64,000 bases of DNA from an uncultured Acidobacteriota bacterium (GTDB lineage: Bacteria > Acidobacteriota > UBA6911 > RPQK01 > JAPXNP01): positions 448,001-512,000 of the forward strand of contig CAVZRV010000007.1 of assembly GCA_963777605.1 (NCBI GenBank), read 5' to 3'. The notes under the pieces were generated by a model, which was given only the letters and a program-made list of their open reading frames with translations, made no database searches and was not told the DNA's origin. A program made the position numbers and the translations under genes. Below are positions 1-9,545 of the stretch, piece after piece; within the stretch, counting starts at the first letter, position 1, and each line of letters begins with the position of its first letter.

Positions 1-2
1 CC

Positions 3-512
3 CTGGGCCCCTTTGAGACGGCTTCCGCGTTGGCGACAGTTCTAAAAAGCGAACAGGTTGACTTGATCCTGGCCGGGACTCAATCGGATGATTCGGGCAA
101 TGGGCAAACAGCGATCATCCTGGCCGAACTGCTCGGTCTTCCCCATGCCTCCATTGCGATGCAGGTTGAGGCCGATCCCGCTCACGGGAGTGTGAAGGTT
201 CTCAAGGAGATGGAAAGCGGGACCTTCCAGTCCCTGCGGCTGTCCCTGCCCGCAGTGGTTGGAATCCAGGCAGGTAGCTCACCAATCCGCTTCGTCTCGC
301 TGAAGGGGATCATGCAGGCCAAGAAGAAGGAGATTGCGCAGCTGCCCTGGTCCCAGATGGGAATCGATGAGGCTGAGATTCCGTCGCTTGAGATCGAGCG
401 CCTTTACGTTCCGAAGGTCGAACGGCGCGCCGAGATATTGGAAGGTGAGCCGGCGGATGTAGTCGAAAGGTTGATCGAGAAACTGCGGCTCGAAGCCAAG
501 GTACTGGAATAG
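3..512 (+). CDS. etfB: Electron transfer flavoprotein beta subunit (5' partial)
   Basis: DLILAGTQSDD...GQTAIILAELLGLP and PIRFVSLKGIMQAKKK motifs; frame is open to the window edge; directly upstream of etfA. Confidence 0.93.
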   Translation: MGPFETASALATVLKSEQVDLILAGTQSDDSGNGQTAIILAELLGLPHASIAMQVEADPAHGSVKVLKEMESGTFQSLRLSLPAVVGIQAGSSPIRFVSLKGIMQAKKKEIAQLPWSQMGIDEAEIPSLEIERLYVPKVERRAEILEGEPADVVERLIEKLRLEAKVLE

Positions 513-526
513 GTCCGAGGGGGTAA

Positions 527-1510
527 ATGCTGAAGAAAGTTCTGGTTCTTGTCGACTTCGGAGAGAACTCGATCCGGCAGGTTTCGCTCGAAGCACTCGG
601 TCTCGCAAAGGAACTGGCGGCGGACTCGGAAGGGTTGGTCACTGCCCTGGCCGCGGGATCGAATCTCGACCAGGCAGTCGAACAGCTCTTGCATACCCCT
701 GCGGACGTGATCCAGGCCCTGGATCACGAAAGCCTTTCTCCCTTCGACCCGGAAGTCTGGTGCTCGGCCCTGACCCGCGTGATCCGCTCTCAACAGCCCG
801 ACCTCGTGCTCATGGGCCAGACCTATCGCAATATGGATCTTGCCCCCCGTCTGTCGGCGCGGCTCAGGACGGCTCTCGTCAGCGGGTGTACAGACTACCG
901 ACAGGATTCCGGCGAGTTGCTCTTCGTCCGCCCGATGTTTCGCGGGAAGCTCAATGCGGACGTCCGAGTTCGATCCCCGAAACCGTGGCTCGTGACCATT
1001 CAACCCGGGGCCTTCAATGCTGCCACTGAGACAGGACGGGCGGCAGCTGCGAGCCGCCTCGATCTGGAGGGTCCTCCGACGGCTCGCAGCTGGGAGTTGC
1101 TGGACACGACTGAAGTCGCCCGCGAACGGGTGGACCTTTCCCGGGCTGACGTCATCGTGGGAGTAGGCCGCGGCATCAAGAAGCAGGAGAACCTGAAACT
1201 GGCCGAGGACCTCGCTGACGTCCTTCATGCCGAAATCGGCGCCAGCCGTCCCGTGGTTGACAGCGACTGGGTCGAAAGAGATCGTCAAATCGGCAGTTCG
1301 GGACAGACAGTCAGCCCACGCCTCTACATCAGCCTGGGCATCTCGGGAGCGATCCAGCACGTGGTGGGGATCAAGGATTCCGGCTGTATCGTCGCCGTGA
1401 ACAATGATCCCAATGCACCGATTTTCAACCTCGCTACTTACGGGATTGTCGGGGACGTCGAAACAATCGTCCCTCTCCTCACGGAACGCCTTCGTCAAAT
1501 CAGGGATTGA
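527..1510 (+). CDS. etfA: Electron transfer flavoprotein alpha subunit
   Basis: GASRPVVD, RQIGSSGQTVSP and GISGAIQHVVG FAD-binding motifs. Confidence 0.96.
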   Translation: MLKKVLVLVDFGENSIRQVSLEALGLAKELAADSEGLVTALAAGSNLDQAVEQLLHTPADVIQALDHESLSPFDPEVWCSALTRVIRSQQPDLVLMGQTYRNMDLAPRLSARLRTALVSGCTDYRQDSGELLFVRPMFRGKLNADVRVRSPKPWLVTIQPGAFNAATETGRAAAASRLDLEGPPTARSWELLDTTEVARERVDLSRADVIVGVGRGIKKQENLKLAEDLADVLHAEIGASRPVVDSDWVERDRQIGSSGQTVSPRLYISLGISGAIQHVVGIKDSGCIVAVNNDPNAPIFNLATYGIVGDVETIVPLLTERLRQIRD

Positions 1511-1554
1511 CATTTCCTTCCGGGCAACTGATGTTGGGGAAAAGAGTGGTATCA

Positions 1555-2958
1555 ATGAAGGCAATAGTTTCTATACTTTCCCTGCTTCTCCTGGTGACAG
1601 CTTGCGGCTCCCGAGAGGAAGCCCACAAGGAGACGGGTTCTTCCCCAAACTTCGTCATCATCTTCTGTGATGACCTCGGCTACGGAGATCTGGGCATCTT
1701 CGGGCACCCGACCATTCACACTCCGCGCATCGACAGAATGGCGGAGACGGGTCAGAAGTGGACCAACTTCTACGTCGGGGCGTCAGTGTGCACTCCAAGC
1801 CGGGCGGCGCTGATGACAGGGCGACTGCCGATTCGTTCAGGCATGTGCTCCACCGAACGCCGGGTCCTCTTCCCCGATTCGGCCGGGGGTCTCCCCGACA
1901 GCGAGGTAACGATCGCGGAAGCACTCCAGGACAAGGGCTACACGACCGCGTGTGTCGGGAAATGGCACCTCGGTCACCTGCCCCAATACTTGCCGCTTCG
2001 CCAGGGCTTCGACTACTACTTCGGTATCCCTTATTCCAACGACATGGACCGGGATCCCTCTTCTCCTCCGGGACGGGCAGCGTTTCTCGATCCCCGCGTC
2101 GAGTACTGGAACGTGCCCCTGATGCGCAACGACGAGATCATCGAACGGCCTGCCGTCCAGACCACCATTACCCAGCGTTACACACAAGAAGTCATTGACT
2201 TCATCGAGCAGAATCGCGAACAGCCCTTCTTCGTTTACCTGGCCCACAGCCTTCCCCACGTCCCGCTGTTTCGATCGCCCGACTTCGAGAATCGCAGCTT
2301 GCGCGGCCTCTATGGCGATGTCGTGGAAGAAATCGACTGGAGCGTCGGCCAGATCCTCGACACCCTCGACCGACTCAATCTCAGTGACAACACGCTGGTC
2401 GTGTTCACAAGCGACAACGGCCCCTGGCTGACCTATGACCAACTGGGCGGCTCAGCCGGTCTGCTGCGGGGTGGGAAGGGTGGCACCTACGAGGGTGGCA
2501 TGCGAGAACCGACCATCTTCCGCTGGCCTGGCCGAATCCAGCCGGAGGTCGTGCCGCAACTGGGATCCACCCTGGACCTGCTTCCAACCTTCGTGTCCCT
2601 GGCCTCTGCTGCGCTACCCTCCGATCGGACTCTCGACGGGTTCGACCTGAGCCCGGTGCTCTTCGGAACCGGGCCGTCTCCAAGGGAGGACATGTTCTAT
2701 TACCGGGGAACGGAGCTCTTCGCGGTACGACACGGAGCCTACAAGGCTCACTTCACCACCCAACCCGCGTACACCGGGGAGGGCCCTGCGCGGCACGATC
2801 CCCCGCTTCTGTTCAACCTGGAGGTTGACCCATCCGAGAAGTACGACCTGTCCGGAGAGCTCCCGTTGGTGGTCCAGCAACTGACCGCGATCGCCCGCGC
2901 ACATCAGGCAACCGTGCAACCCGTGGCGAACCAGCTGGAGCGAAGGATTTCCGAGTGA
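1555..2958 (+). CDS. Arylsulfatase-family sulfatase, probable lipoprotein
   Basis: PNFVIIFCDDLGYGD, CTPSRAALMTGR (formylglycine motif), GKWHLG; LVTAC lipobox after ATG 1555. Confidence 0.93.
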   Translation: MKAIVSILSLLLLVTACGSREEAHKETGSSPNFVIIFCDDLGYGDLGIFGHPTIHTPRIDRMAETGQKWTNFYVGASVCTPSRAALMTGRLPIRSGMCSTERRVLFPDSAGGLPDSEVTIAEALQDKGYTTACVGKWHLGHLPQYLPLRQGFDYYFGIPYSNDMDRDPSSPPGRAAFLDPRVEYWNVPLMRNDEIIERPAVQTTITQRYTQEVIDFIEQNREQPFFVYLAHSLPHVPLFRSPDFENRSLRGLYGDVVEEIDWSVGQILDTLDRLNLSDNTLVVFTSDNGPWLTYDQLGGSAGLLRGGKGGTYEGGMREPTIFRWPGRIQPEVVPQLGSTLDLLPTFVSLASAALPSDRTLDGFDLSPVLFGTGPSPREDMFYYRGTELFAVRHGAYKAHFTTQPAYTGEGPARHDPPLLFNLEVDPSEKYDLSGELPLVVQQLTAIARAHQATVQPVANQLERRISE

Positions 2959-3026
2959 CCTGAATCTCTCGGGAAGGTCGAATCCTGCTGATTCCGGACG
3001 CCCGACGGACCGGACTCGCGCAAACG

Positions 3027-3812
3027 CTACTCCACGTCTTCCCCTTCGAACCCGAAGTGCCGGAAATTCTCTCTCGACCAGTCCGAGCAAGCGAAATCGA
3101 AAAGTTCCCGGGCTTTGAAAGCGTGGTCGGAGAGGAGGACGAGCGGATATCGGATCTCCCCCGTCAAATCCGGGCCGAGGCGGCAGACGACTCGGACACG
3201 AGACGAGATGGCGGCATCGGTTGAATAGACGAAGCCCGCATCGACCTCTCCGGACTCCACGTAGGCCAGCGCCTGCCGAACGTCAACTGCCGCGACGATC
3301 TTGGGCAGCAGAGCCGTCCACAAGCCGAGTTTCTCCATCGCCTTCCTGGCGTACGTCCCGGCCGGAACCGAATCCGGAGCACCCGCACTGATGAGTCGGA
3401 ACCGGGAATTAAGCAGGTCCTCGGGACGGAGGGCCTCAACGGACGACCTCTCCGGGACAACGACCACGAGAGCATTTCCGACCAGATCGTTCCTCGCCAC
3501 CACCCTGTCTTCATCTTCCAGGAGATCAACCCATTCGGGGTGGGCCGAGAGGAAAAGATCGGCTCGAGCGCCAGCCCGGATTTGTTGCGCAAGGGTGGCT
3601 GACGATGCAAAATTGCACATCACCCTCGCAGAATGCTCCTTCTCGAACTCCGCCACCAGCGCCCTGACGGCGTCCGAGGAGCTCGCGGCGGCAAAAAACA
3701 TCAACTCCGGCGTGGAGGACTCCCCCTCGGTTCTGCAGGAGACGGTACCCAACAGGAGAAGTGTGATGAGAACAGCCCGTCGCGACCAATTCAGGTTCCA
3801 GGGCAACGCCAT
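3027..3812 (-). CDS. modA: Molybdate ABC transporter substrate-binding protein
   Basis: FAAASS, NFASSATLAQQIRAGARADLFLSA, VPAGTYA, GEVDAGFVYSTDA; start ATG 3812 chosen for its signal peptide/lipobox. Confidence 0.92.
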   Translation of the reverse strand: MALPWNLNWSRRAVLITLLLLGTVSCRTEGESSTPELMFFAAASSSDAVRALVAEFEKEHSARVMCNFASSATLAQQIRAGARADLFLSAHPEWVDLLEDEDRVVARNDLVGNALVVVVPERSSVEALRPEDLLNSRFRLISAGAPDSVPAGTYARKAMEKLGLWTALLPKIVAAVDVRQALAYVESGEVDAGFVYSTDAAISSRVRVVCRLGPDLTGEIRYPLVLLSDHAFKARELFDFACSDWSRENFRHFGFEGEDVE

Positions 3813-4073
3813 TTTCAGACCGATTCCTTCTCGGATGATTTCGAATTTCCCGGACTTCCTGCGGATTGCGCCCGTGAAGGTCCCTGCTCGTGGCCGAAGA
3901 CTTCGCCCTCCAGGCGGGATTCGGCGACGGCGCTGCACTGAACACTCCGAGAACTGCAAGAGTTTAAATCGTCGAGTCATCACATTCCAAGCTCTCCGAA
4001 CGAGGATGGCGATGTTCTGTGTTGGGAACGAAAGAGGGATCTTGCCGGCACCGCATTTCCGGGCTGGCCCGGA

Positions 4074-4670
4074 CTACTGGAGGATCTTCATGCCGTTCTC
4101 CAGTACCCAGAACAACTCCCTGGCACTCTTGGGTGGGATTTCGAAAAACCGGGCCCGAACGCTCCCGTCGCGAAGAAGGCGGCCCGCTACGTCCAGAAGA
4201 AGTCGCAGTTGAAGCCTGCTCTTCTTCCAGGCCGCCGACAGACCCCGCCACCCCTCAAAATTGACCATCCAGATGGTGCCGTCGTCGAACTTCACCACGT
4301 ACATTTCCGGCATCTCGTCAACGCCGATGATCTGGTCGAGTGACGAAACATCCGCACTGGTATCCTGTGCTTCCTCTGCCATGGCCGCTGAGTCGAGCAC
4401 TACCCGGCGCGGAGGGTCCAGAGGGATCACTTCGTCTACCACGGTCACTTCATTTCCTTCCCCGATTGCGACCTGGTGAATAAGCGCAGGAAATTCCTTA
4501 ACCCTCCAGCCGGCCACGTAGATGGCGATCGACTCTTCTTCCACCTCAAGAAAGCGGTGCCCCTCCTTGATCAACGCCAGCCGTTGCGAGAGCGCGGAAG
4601 GATCTGCAGCAGCAGCATCGGCCAACCCCGCCAGGAAACTGATTGTCAAGAACAAAACGGTCAGTCGCAA
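4074..4670 (-). CDS. Secreted hypothetical protein, probable catalytically inactive YkuD-fold (L,D-transpeptidase-like) protein
   Basis: Signal peptide; FLEVEEESIAIYVAGWRVKEFP and FEIPPKSARELFWVLENGMKIL resemble the first and last YkuD elements; contains no Cys. Confidence 0.6.
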   Translation of the reverse strand: MRLTVLFLTISFLAGLADAAAADPSALSQRLALIKEGHRFLEVEEESIAIYVAGWRVKEFPALIHQVAIGEGNEVTVVDEVIPLDPPRRVVLDSAAMAEEAQDTSADVSSLDQIIGVDEMPEMYVVKFDDGTIWMVNFEGWRGLSAAWKKSRLQLRLLLDVAGRLLRDGSVRARFFEIPPKSARELFWVLENGMKILQ

Positions 4671-4685
4671 TTCAAAGCCTCTCGG

Positions 4686-5324
4686 TCAGTAGATAAAGAC
4701 TTTTGTTCCAATCGGGACCTTCTTTGCCAACGCCGCCAGGTCGTCTCCACCCAGTCGGATACAGCCGTGCGTCACGTTGGTTCCCAGGAGCCGGGGGTAG
4801 AGGGTCCCGTGGATGAAATAGCCGTCTCCAATTCCGAGGGCATATTTCCCCAGCACTCCGCGTTCGAAACGGTCGCCCTCTTTCTTGGGGACCGGTTCCC
4901 CCTCTTCGAGAAAAGCCCAGTCCGGTCTTCTCCATACCGGGTTGCGAGTCTTACTGATCACCCGGAAGGCTCCTCGAGGAGTTCGAAACGTCCATTTCTT
5001 GTCGGCGGACACCAACTCCACGCCGCTGCCGGTTGAGCAGACCGCCTCCATCAAGATCTCGCCACCCTTTCGAAGATAGAGGCGGTTTCGGGCCGTATCC
5101 ACGAGAATGTAGAGTCCCCCGATGCGGGCTTTCTCGATCTGCCGGTTAAGGGCCTGTGCTTCAGCGTTGCCCGGATCACCCGGCCCAGGCGCCTCTCCTC
5201 CCTGCCCGCCCATCAGGGAATAGGCCAGGAGGACGAAAACGCCCAATACACCCAGCCCGATGACGCCGGTTCCGCCCAGTCTAAGCCTGCGATTCCACGC
5301 CTGTCCTATTGGCCTATTCGACAT
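4686..5324 (-). CDS. L,D-transpeptidase (YkuD/ErfK family) with N-terminal membrane anchor
   Basis: ILVDTARNRLYL, TPRGAFRV, IHGT...THGCIRL catalytic His/Cys motif. Confidence 0.93.
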   Translation of the reverse strand: MSNRPIGQAWNRRLRLGGTGVIGLGVLGVFVLLAYSLMGGQGGEAPGPGDPGNAEAQALNRQIEKARIGGLYILVDTARNRLYLRKGGEILMEAVCSTGSGVELVSADKKWTFRTPRGAFRVISKTRNPVWRRPDWAFLEEGEPVPKKEGDRFERGVLGKYALGIGDGYFIHGTLYPRLLGTNVTHGCIRLGGDDLAALAKKVPIGTKVFIY

Positions 5325-6391
5325 TTCCCCACCACGAAAACCGGCATTCCGACGTAAGCCTGCTCGAAAAGCGTCTCCAACTCATCGTTGTCGAGGGCGA
5401 CACAACCGTCCGTCCAGTCCTTTCCACGTCCACCCTCACCATGAATCTCAATCATACTTCCGATCCGGGCATTCCTCGGCAGTTGGCCCGACTGGACGAG
5501 CTTCGCGAAATCGCGGCGGTCGGTCGGATTCGGGTAGTTGAGCAGGAGAGCCCGGTGGTAACCAGTTTCCCCTGCGCCCTTGAGCTTCTTGATCAGGTAC
5601 TCCCCCTCAGGAGTACCACCATCTCCCTGACAAAGCTTATCGTTCAGGCCGTTCCAGCCCAGGTCGGCATCGAAGCTCCGGTCAAGCTTCCGGTTCTTGA
5701 GCAGGAGGAGTTTACGGTGGTACTTGTCCACCACAATAACTCCCCGTCGATCCGTCGCCGACAATGTCACAGCCCGATCCGCGAGCCTGTTCCACTTATC
5801 CAGGAAGGCAGGATCAGAAAATCGTTGCTCGAGGCGGTCGAAATGGGTGCTGAACTCCCGACTCGACTCCCGCAGTTCGCGAAGCACCTGCTCAGCCAAC
5901 CACGGGTCACCTTCGTCGAGGTGCAGACGCAGCCGGGACAACTGCAGGTTGGCTTTCGTCATCTGCAACCGCAACTCGGGAATCAGCGTGCGATGGGCAT
6001 AGGGATCGAGAAGATCCTCGAGTGCAGCCATCTCCATTCGAAGGCTCTCCATCTTCTCGCGGCGGCGCTCCACGGCCTCCCGGGCCAGATCCGTTCCCTC
6101 CCTCTGGAGGCTGGAAACCTCGTCGGCCAACTGTTGCAGAGCTTTACTCGACCGCAGCCAGGACCATTGCGACCCCAGATAGATGGAGCGCTCTCTAACT
6201 CTGAAATAGCGATTCTCGAACGCTCTGGCACCTTCGGGAATCCAGCGTTCTGTTTGGAATTCGGCCAACTCGTGGCGGATGGCTTTCAGATTCTCCCAGC
6301 CGGCCTGGGAAACTTCACCACAGGAGTTGCAGACAACCAGGAGGATGAAGAGGGAAGACTTGATGAGAGATTGCGAAAGGCATCGTTTCAA
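5306..6391 (-). CDS. L,D-transpeptidase family protein (YafK/DpaA-like catalytic domain) with N-terminal helical region
   Basis: K..QGDGGTPEGEY, LLNYPN..D, IEIHG...DWTDGCVAL; possible lipobox CNSC. Confidence 0.88.
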   Translation of the reverse strand: MKRCLSQSLIKSSLFILLVVCNSCGEVSQAGWENLKAIRHELAEFQTERWIPEGARAFENRYFRVRERSIYLGSQWSWLRSSKALQQLADEVSSLQREGTDLAREAVERRREKMESLRMEMAALEDLLDPYAHRTLIPELRLQMTKANLQLSRLRLHLDEGDPWLAEQVLRELRESSREFSTHFDRLEQRFSDPAFLDKWNRLADRAVTLSATDRRGVIVVDKYHRKLLLLKNRKLDRSFDADLGWNGLNDKLCQGDGGTPEGEYLIKKLKGAGETGYHRALLLNYPNPTDRRDFAKLVQSGQLPRNARIGSMIEIHGEGGRGKDWTDGCVALDNDELETLFEQAYVGMPVFVVGKCRIGQ

Positions 6392-6466
6392 CTGGGAATC
6401 CCGGAGGAAGATGCTACTACAGAACCTCCGCGACAGTTGGCCACCATCTGTTCCGGCCCAGACACT

Positions 6467-6557
6467 CAGGAGGAGGATCCCCTGCTGATGTTCCGCGGAA
6501 TTCTCCTCCTGGCCTTATTCAGAACCGGTCGGGACCAGCCGATCGACCTGGCTGGTC
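6467..6557. other. Two stem-loops 3' of the lipoprotein gene (mRNA stabiliser or partial terminator)
   Basis: CAGGAGGAG 6467-6475 / CTCCTCCTG 6503-6511; GACCAGCC 6533-6540 / GGCTGGTC 6550-6557. Confidence 0.5.
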
Positions 6558-6571
6558 AACGAGTCCGGCAA

Positions 6572-7177
6572 TCATCCCCTCCTGCCGCGCCTGGCCACTA
6601 TGGCCTGCTCGACCTCGGAAGTGATCGACTCAGCCTGCGATTTAGCCGAAGCAATCTTGCTTTTGGCTTCGAGATACTTGCCGGCCGAGATCGACTCTCG
6701 GGCACTGTCGAGCGCTGAACTCACAGCATCCAGATCGGCCGCGAAGGCGGCTAAGTCAGCCTTGGTGCCTTTGCCCTTCGGGGCCTTCGCCAACATATCC
6801 CGCGCCGAATTCAGAGCCTGTTCGGCGTCCGCAAGAGCCTGCTCGGTCTCCTGGCCAACCCGTTCCTTTTCCGCTTTGGCACTTTCGGCGGCAGCCGCGA
6901 ACTCAGTTTTGGCCTGGTCCAGCTTGGCTACGATCGGGTCATACTCCCGAAACAGGGAAAACTTTTCGCTTTCCGCCTTGATTGCGGCCTGAGCCTCGTC
7001 GAAGGTTTCCTTGGCGGTCCGAAAATCTGTCGAGGCATAGGTTTCAGCCTCAGAGGCCACGGCCTGGTCCATCGAGCTCTTGGCTTCAGCGATGTCCTGG
7101 GTGGGTTCTGACGAACAACTCGCAAAAAGCAATGCCACACTGGCAAGAACGATCAAAAACGTAACACGACGAAACAT
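6572..7177 (-). CDS. Alanine-rich helical lipoprotein (DUF4398-like)
   Basis: Lipobox LFASC; heptad-like Ala/Glu/Lys-rich helices; central KAPKGKGTK loop; GGGAGG RBS. Confidence 0.82.
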   Translation of the reverse strand: MFRRVTFLIVLASVALLFASCSSEPTQDIAEAKSSMDQAVASEAETYASTDFRTAKETFDEAQAAIKAESEKFSLFREYDPIVAKLDQAKTEFAAAAESAKAEKERVGQETEQALADAEQALNSARDMLAKAPKGKGTKADLAAFAADLDAVSSALDSARESISAGKYLEAKSKIASAKSQAESITSEVEQAIVARRGRRG

Positions 7178-7497
7178 GGTTTATCTCCCTCCCAATGGAA
7201 ACGCGCAGGAATACCTATTCCCGCGCACTCAAAGGGATAGCACGTACTGTACCACTGTCGAAAAAGTCTCCTTAGCCATCATAATCCAGCCCACGGGCCA
7301 CTACAATTGACAACATCGGAACCTGCGATTCCGATCTACTGGGAGACCAGGACCCACTAGTTCCGAATTGACGGGAGGGCGGGAGTCGTGTGCTCCAGAT
7401 TCACGACACTGGCTGGCGGGGGTCCCGCGAGTTCGACGCTTCAAAAAGAAACTGGCCAACTCCCGGCCAAGAGACCCCTTCCGATGGCCACCCCGGC

Positions 7498-8370
7498 TCA
7501 GATAGCTCTCGGCAGCTCCCGGAGCATCTTCCGCAGCGCCTCCCTCCAGTGAAGGCCCGGCTCGTTCACGAAATCGCGCGACTTCGATTTGTCGAGCACG
7601 CTGAACTGGGGCCGGCGAGCAGGAGCCTGATACTCGTCGGTAACGGTCGGAGCGATGGGAGTCTTCCGCTCGAGCAGGTTCAACGCGAGGGCTTCCTCCT
7701 GGATCGCCACCGCGAAGTCATACCAGGAAGCCACTCCCTCATCCGTCCAGTGAAGAATCGAAGGAATCTTTTGACGAGCGGAAGCCACCCAGATGAACCG
7801 GGCCAGAGAACCCGCCCAGGTGGGCGTCCCAACCTGGTCGGAGACAACGCGCACCTCCGGCAGTTCCTTCATGAGACGAAGCATCGTCTTGACGAAGTTC
7901 GCCCCGAACGCGGAATAGAGCCAGGACGTCCTGACCACGGAGGCACGATCGTTGAGAATTTCGAGTACGCGATGTTCTCCTTCCAGCTTGCTCCGGCCAT
8001 AGACGCTCAGGGGGCGGGCAGTGTCTTCCGGTTTGTAGGGACTCCCCGAACGGCCATCGAACACGAAATCCGTCGAGACGTGCCACATGCGGGTTCCAAA
8101 TTCGAGAGCAGCCGTCGCCAGGTTGGCCGCCCCCTGCGAGTTGACGAGGAAGGCCGCCTCCTCGTTCGACTCCGCCTTGTCCACCGCCGTGTAGGCCGCA
8201 GCATTGATCAGAAGTTCGGGACGGGCCTCCTCGAACGCCGCCCAGACACTCGATCGGTTCCGGATATCAATCTCATCGATATCTACCGCCGTGATTCGAT
8301 ACCCTTCGGGAGCTGACCGGATCAGTTCACGACCCAGTTGACCATGGGCCCCGGTAATCAACACCTGCAT
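7498..8370 (-). CDS. rmlD: dTDP-4-dehydrorhamnose reductase
   Basis: GAHGQLG, NAAAYTAVDKAE, STDFVFDG, YGRSKLEGE. Confidence 0.95.
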   Translation of the reverse strand: MQVLITGAHGQLGRELIRSAPEGYRITAVDIDEIDIRNRSSVWAAFEEARPELLINAAAYTAVDKAESNEEAAFLVNSQGAANLATAALEFGTRMWHVSTDFVFDGRSGSPYKPEDTARPLSVYGRSKLEGEHRVLEILNDRASVVRTSWLYSAFGANFVKTMLRLMKELPEVRVVSDQVGTPTWAGSLARFIWVASARQKIPSILHWTDEGVASWYDFAVAIQEEALALNLLERKTPIAPTVTDEYQAPARRPQFSVLDKSKSRDFVNEPGLHWREALRKMLRELPRAI

Positions 8371-8397
8371 AGCGACATCCCTATCCGTGACCGGACA

Positions 8398-9468
8398 CTA
8401 GAGCCAGTTCTTCCTTCGGAATAAGTAAAGCATCAGGAGGGCCAGCACCACCATGATCACCCACACGACCGGGTAAGCCCAAGCATAGTGCAGCTCGGGC
8501 ATGTAATCGAAGTTCATCCCGTAGACACCGACAATGAATGTCAGCGGTATGAAGATGGTAGCGATCACGGTCAGAACCTTCATGACTTCGTTCATCCCGT
8601 TGCTCACCACCGAGAGGTAAATGTCGAGCAGGCTGGAACTGCTGTCCCGCAATGCCTCGACGGTCTCGAGTACCTGCACGGAATGGTCATAGACGTCGTG
8701 CAGAAAAACCTGGATTTCCTGGGTTACCAGCGGATTCTCTTCCCTGATCAGCCGGCTCAAGGCGTCCCGAACCGGCCAGATAGCCCGCCGCATCGGCACA
8801 AGGTCCGCCTTCAGGCGCTGGATACCCCGGAGCGTCTTTTGGGTCGCCTCGCCGAACACCTCCAATTCGAGCGCCTCAGAAAGGTGCCCCAGACTCTCCA
8901 TGACCAGGAAGTAGTGGTCCACAACCGCATCAATCAGCGCGTAAAAGAGGTAATCCGGCCCCATACTGCGGATCCGAACACGCCCGGTGCGAATCCGCTC
9001 GCGAATCGGTTCGAAAACATCGCCCGGGACTTCCTGGAACGAAATCACGTAACCCTTCCCCAGGACGAAGCTCACCTGCTCGGTGATGATCATCCGCCCG
9101 TGCATATCCTGAGCCTGAAGCATGCGGAGGACAAAGAAAACGTGATCCGGATAGAAATCGGTCTTGGGACGTTGATCCGTGTGCAGCACATCTTCCAGAA
9201 GCAACGGATGCAGGTCAAACATGGAACCGAGCCGGCCCACCAGGTCCGCGTGATGGATTCCTTCAACGTTGATCCAGGTCACCGACTCCTGCCCCGCGAG
9301 CTCTTTCAGAACCTTGTCCGGCTGTTTCATCTCCTGCTCGCTGAAGTGCTCCGGACCGTAGTCGATTACCGTAATCCTCGCCTCGACGGCCCGCTCCTCG
9401 CCAACATAGATGAGACTTCCGGGAGCTTCCCCCGGTCGTTTCTGGGTCTTTCGCCTTTTCTTGAACAT
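8398..9468 (-). CDS. corA: Magnesium/cobalt transporter CorA
   Basis: PGEAPGSLIYVG N-terminus, LHPLLLEDVL..DQRPK, YGMNF..MPEL signature; the 540-aa ORF call is a fusion caused by an upstream frameshift. Confidence 0.95.
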   Translation of the reverse strand: MFKKRRKTQKRPGEAPGSLIYVGEERAVEARITVIDYGPEHFSEQEMKQPDKVLKELAGQESVTWINVEGIHHADLVGRLGSMFDLHPLLLEDVLHTDQRPKTDFYPDHVFFVLRMLQAQDMHGRMIITEQVSFVLGKGYVISFQEVPGDVFEPIRERIRTGRVRIRSMGPDYLFYALIDAVVDHYFLVMESLGHLSEALELEVFGEATQKTLRGIQRLKADLVPMRRAIWPVRDALSRLIREENPLVTQEIQVFLHDVYDHSVQVLETVEALRDSSSSLLDIYLSVVSNGMNEVMKVLTVIATIFIPLTFIVGVYGMNFDYMPELHYAWAYPVVWVIMVVLALLMLYLFRRKNWL

Positions 9469-9545
9469 CTCGCGCCCCGTCAACCTCATTCGTATAATAC
9501 CTTCGCTGATCGGCCGGGGAAATTTCCGGCCTTGCGCGCCTGCGG

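Noticed and set aside
3813-4073. Moco riboswitch upstream of modA
   Set aside because: No recognisable conserved motif or stem arrangement by eye
7178-7497. Possible ncRNA or c-di-AMP riboswitch upstream of the lipoprotein operon
   Set aside because: No ydaO consensus elements or tRNA-like structure recognised
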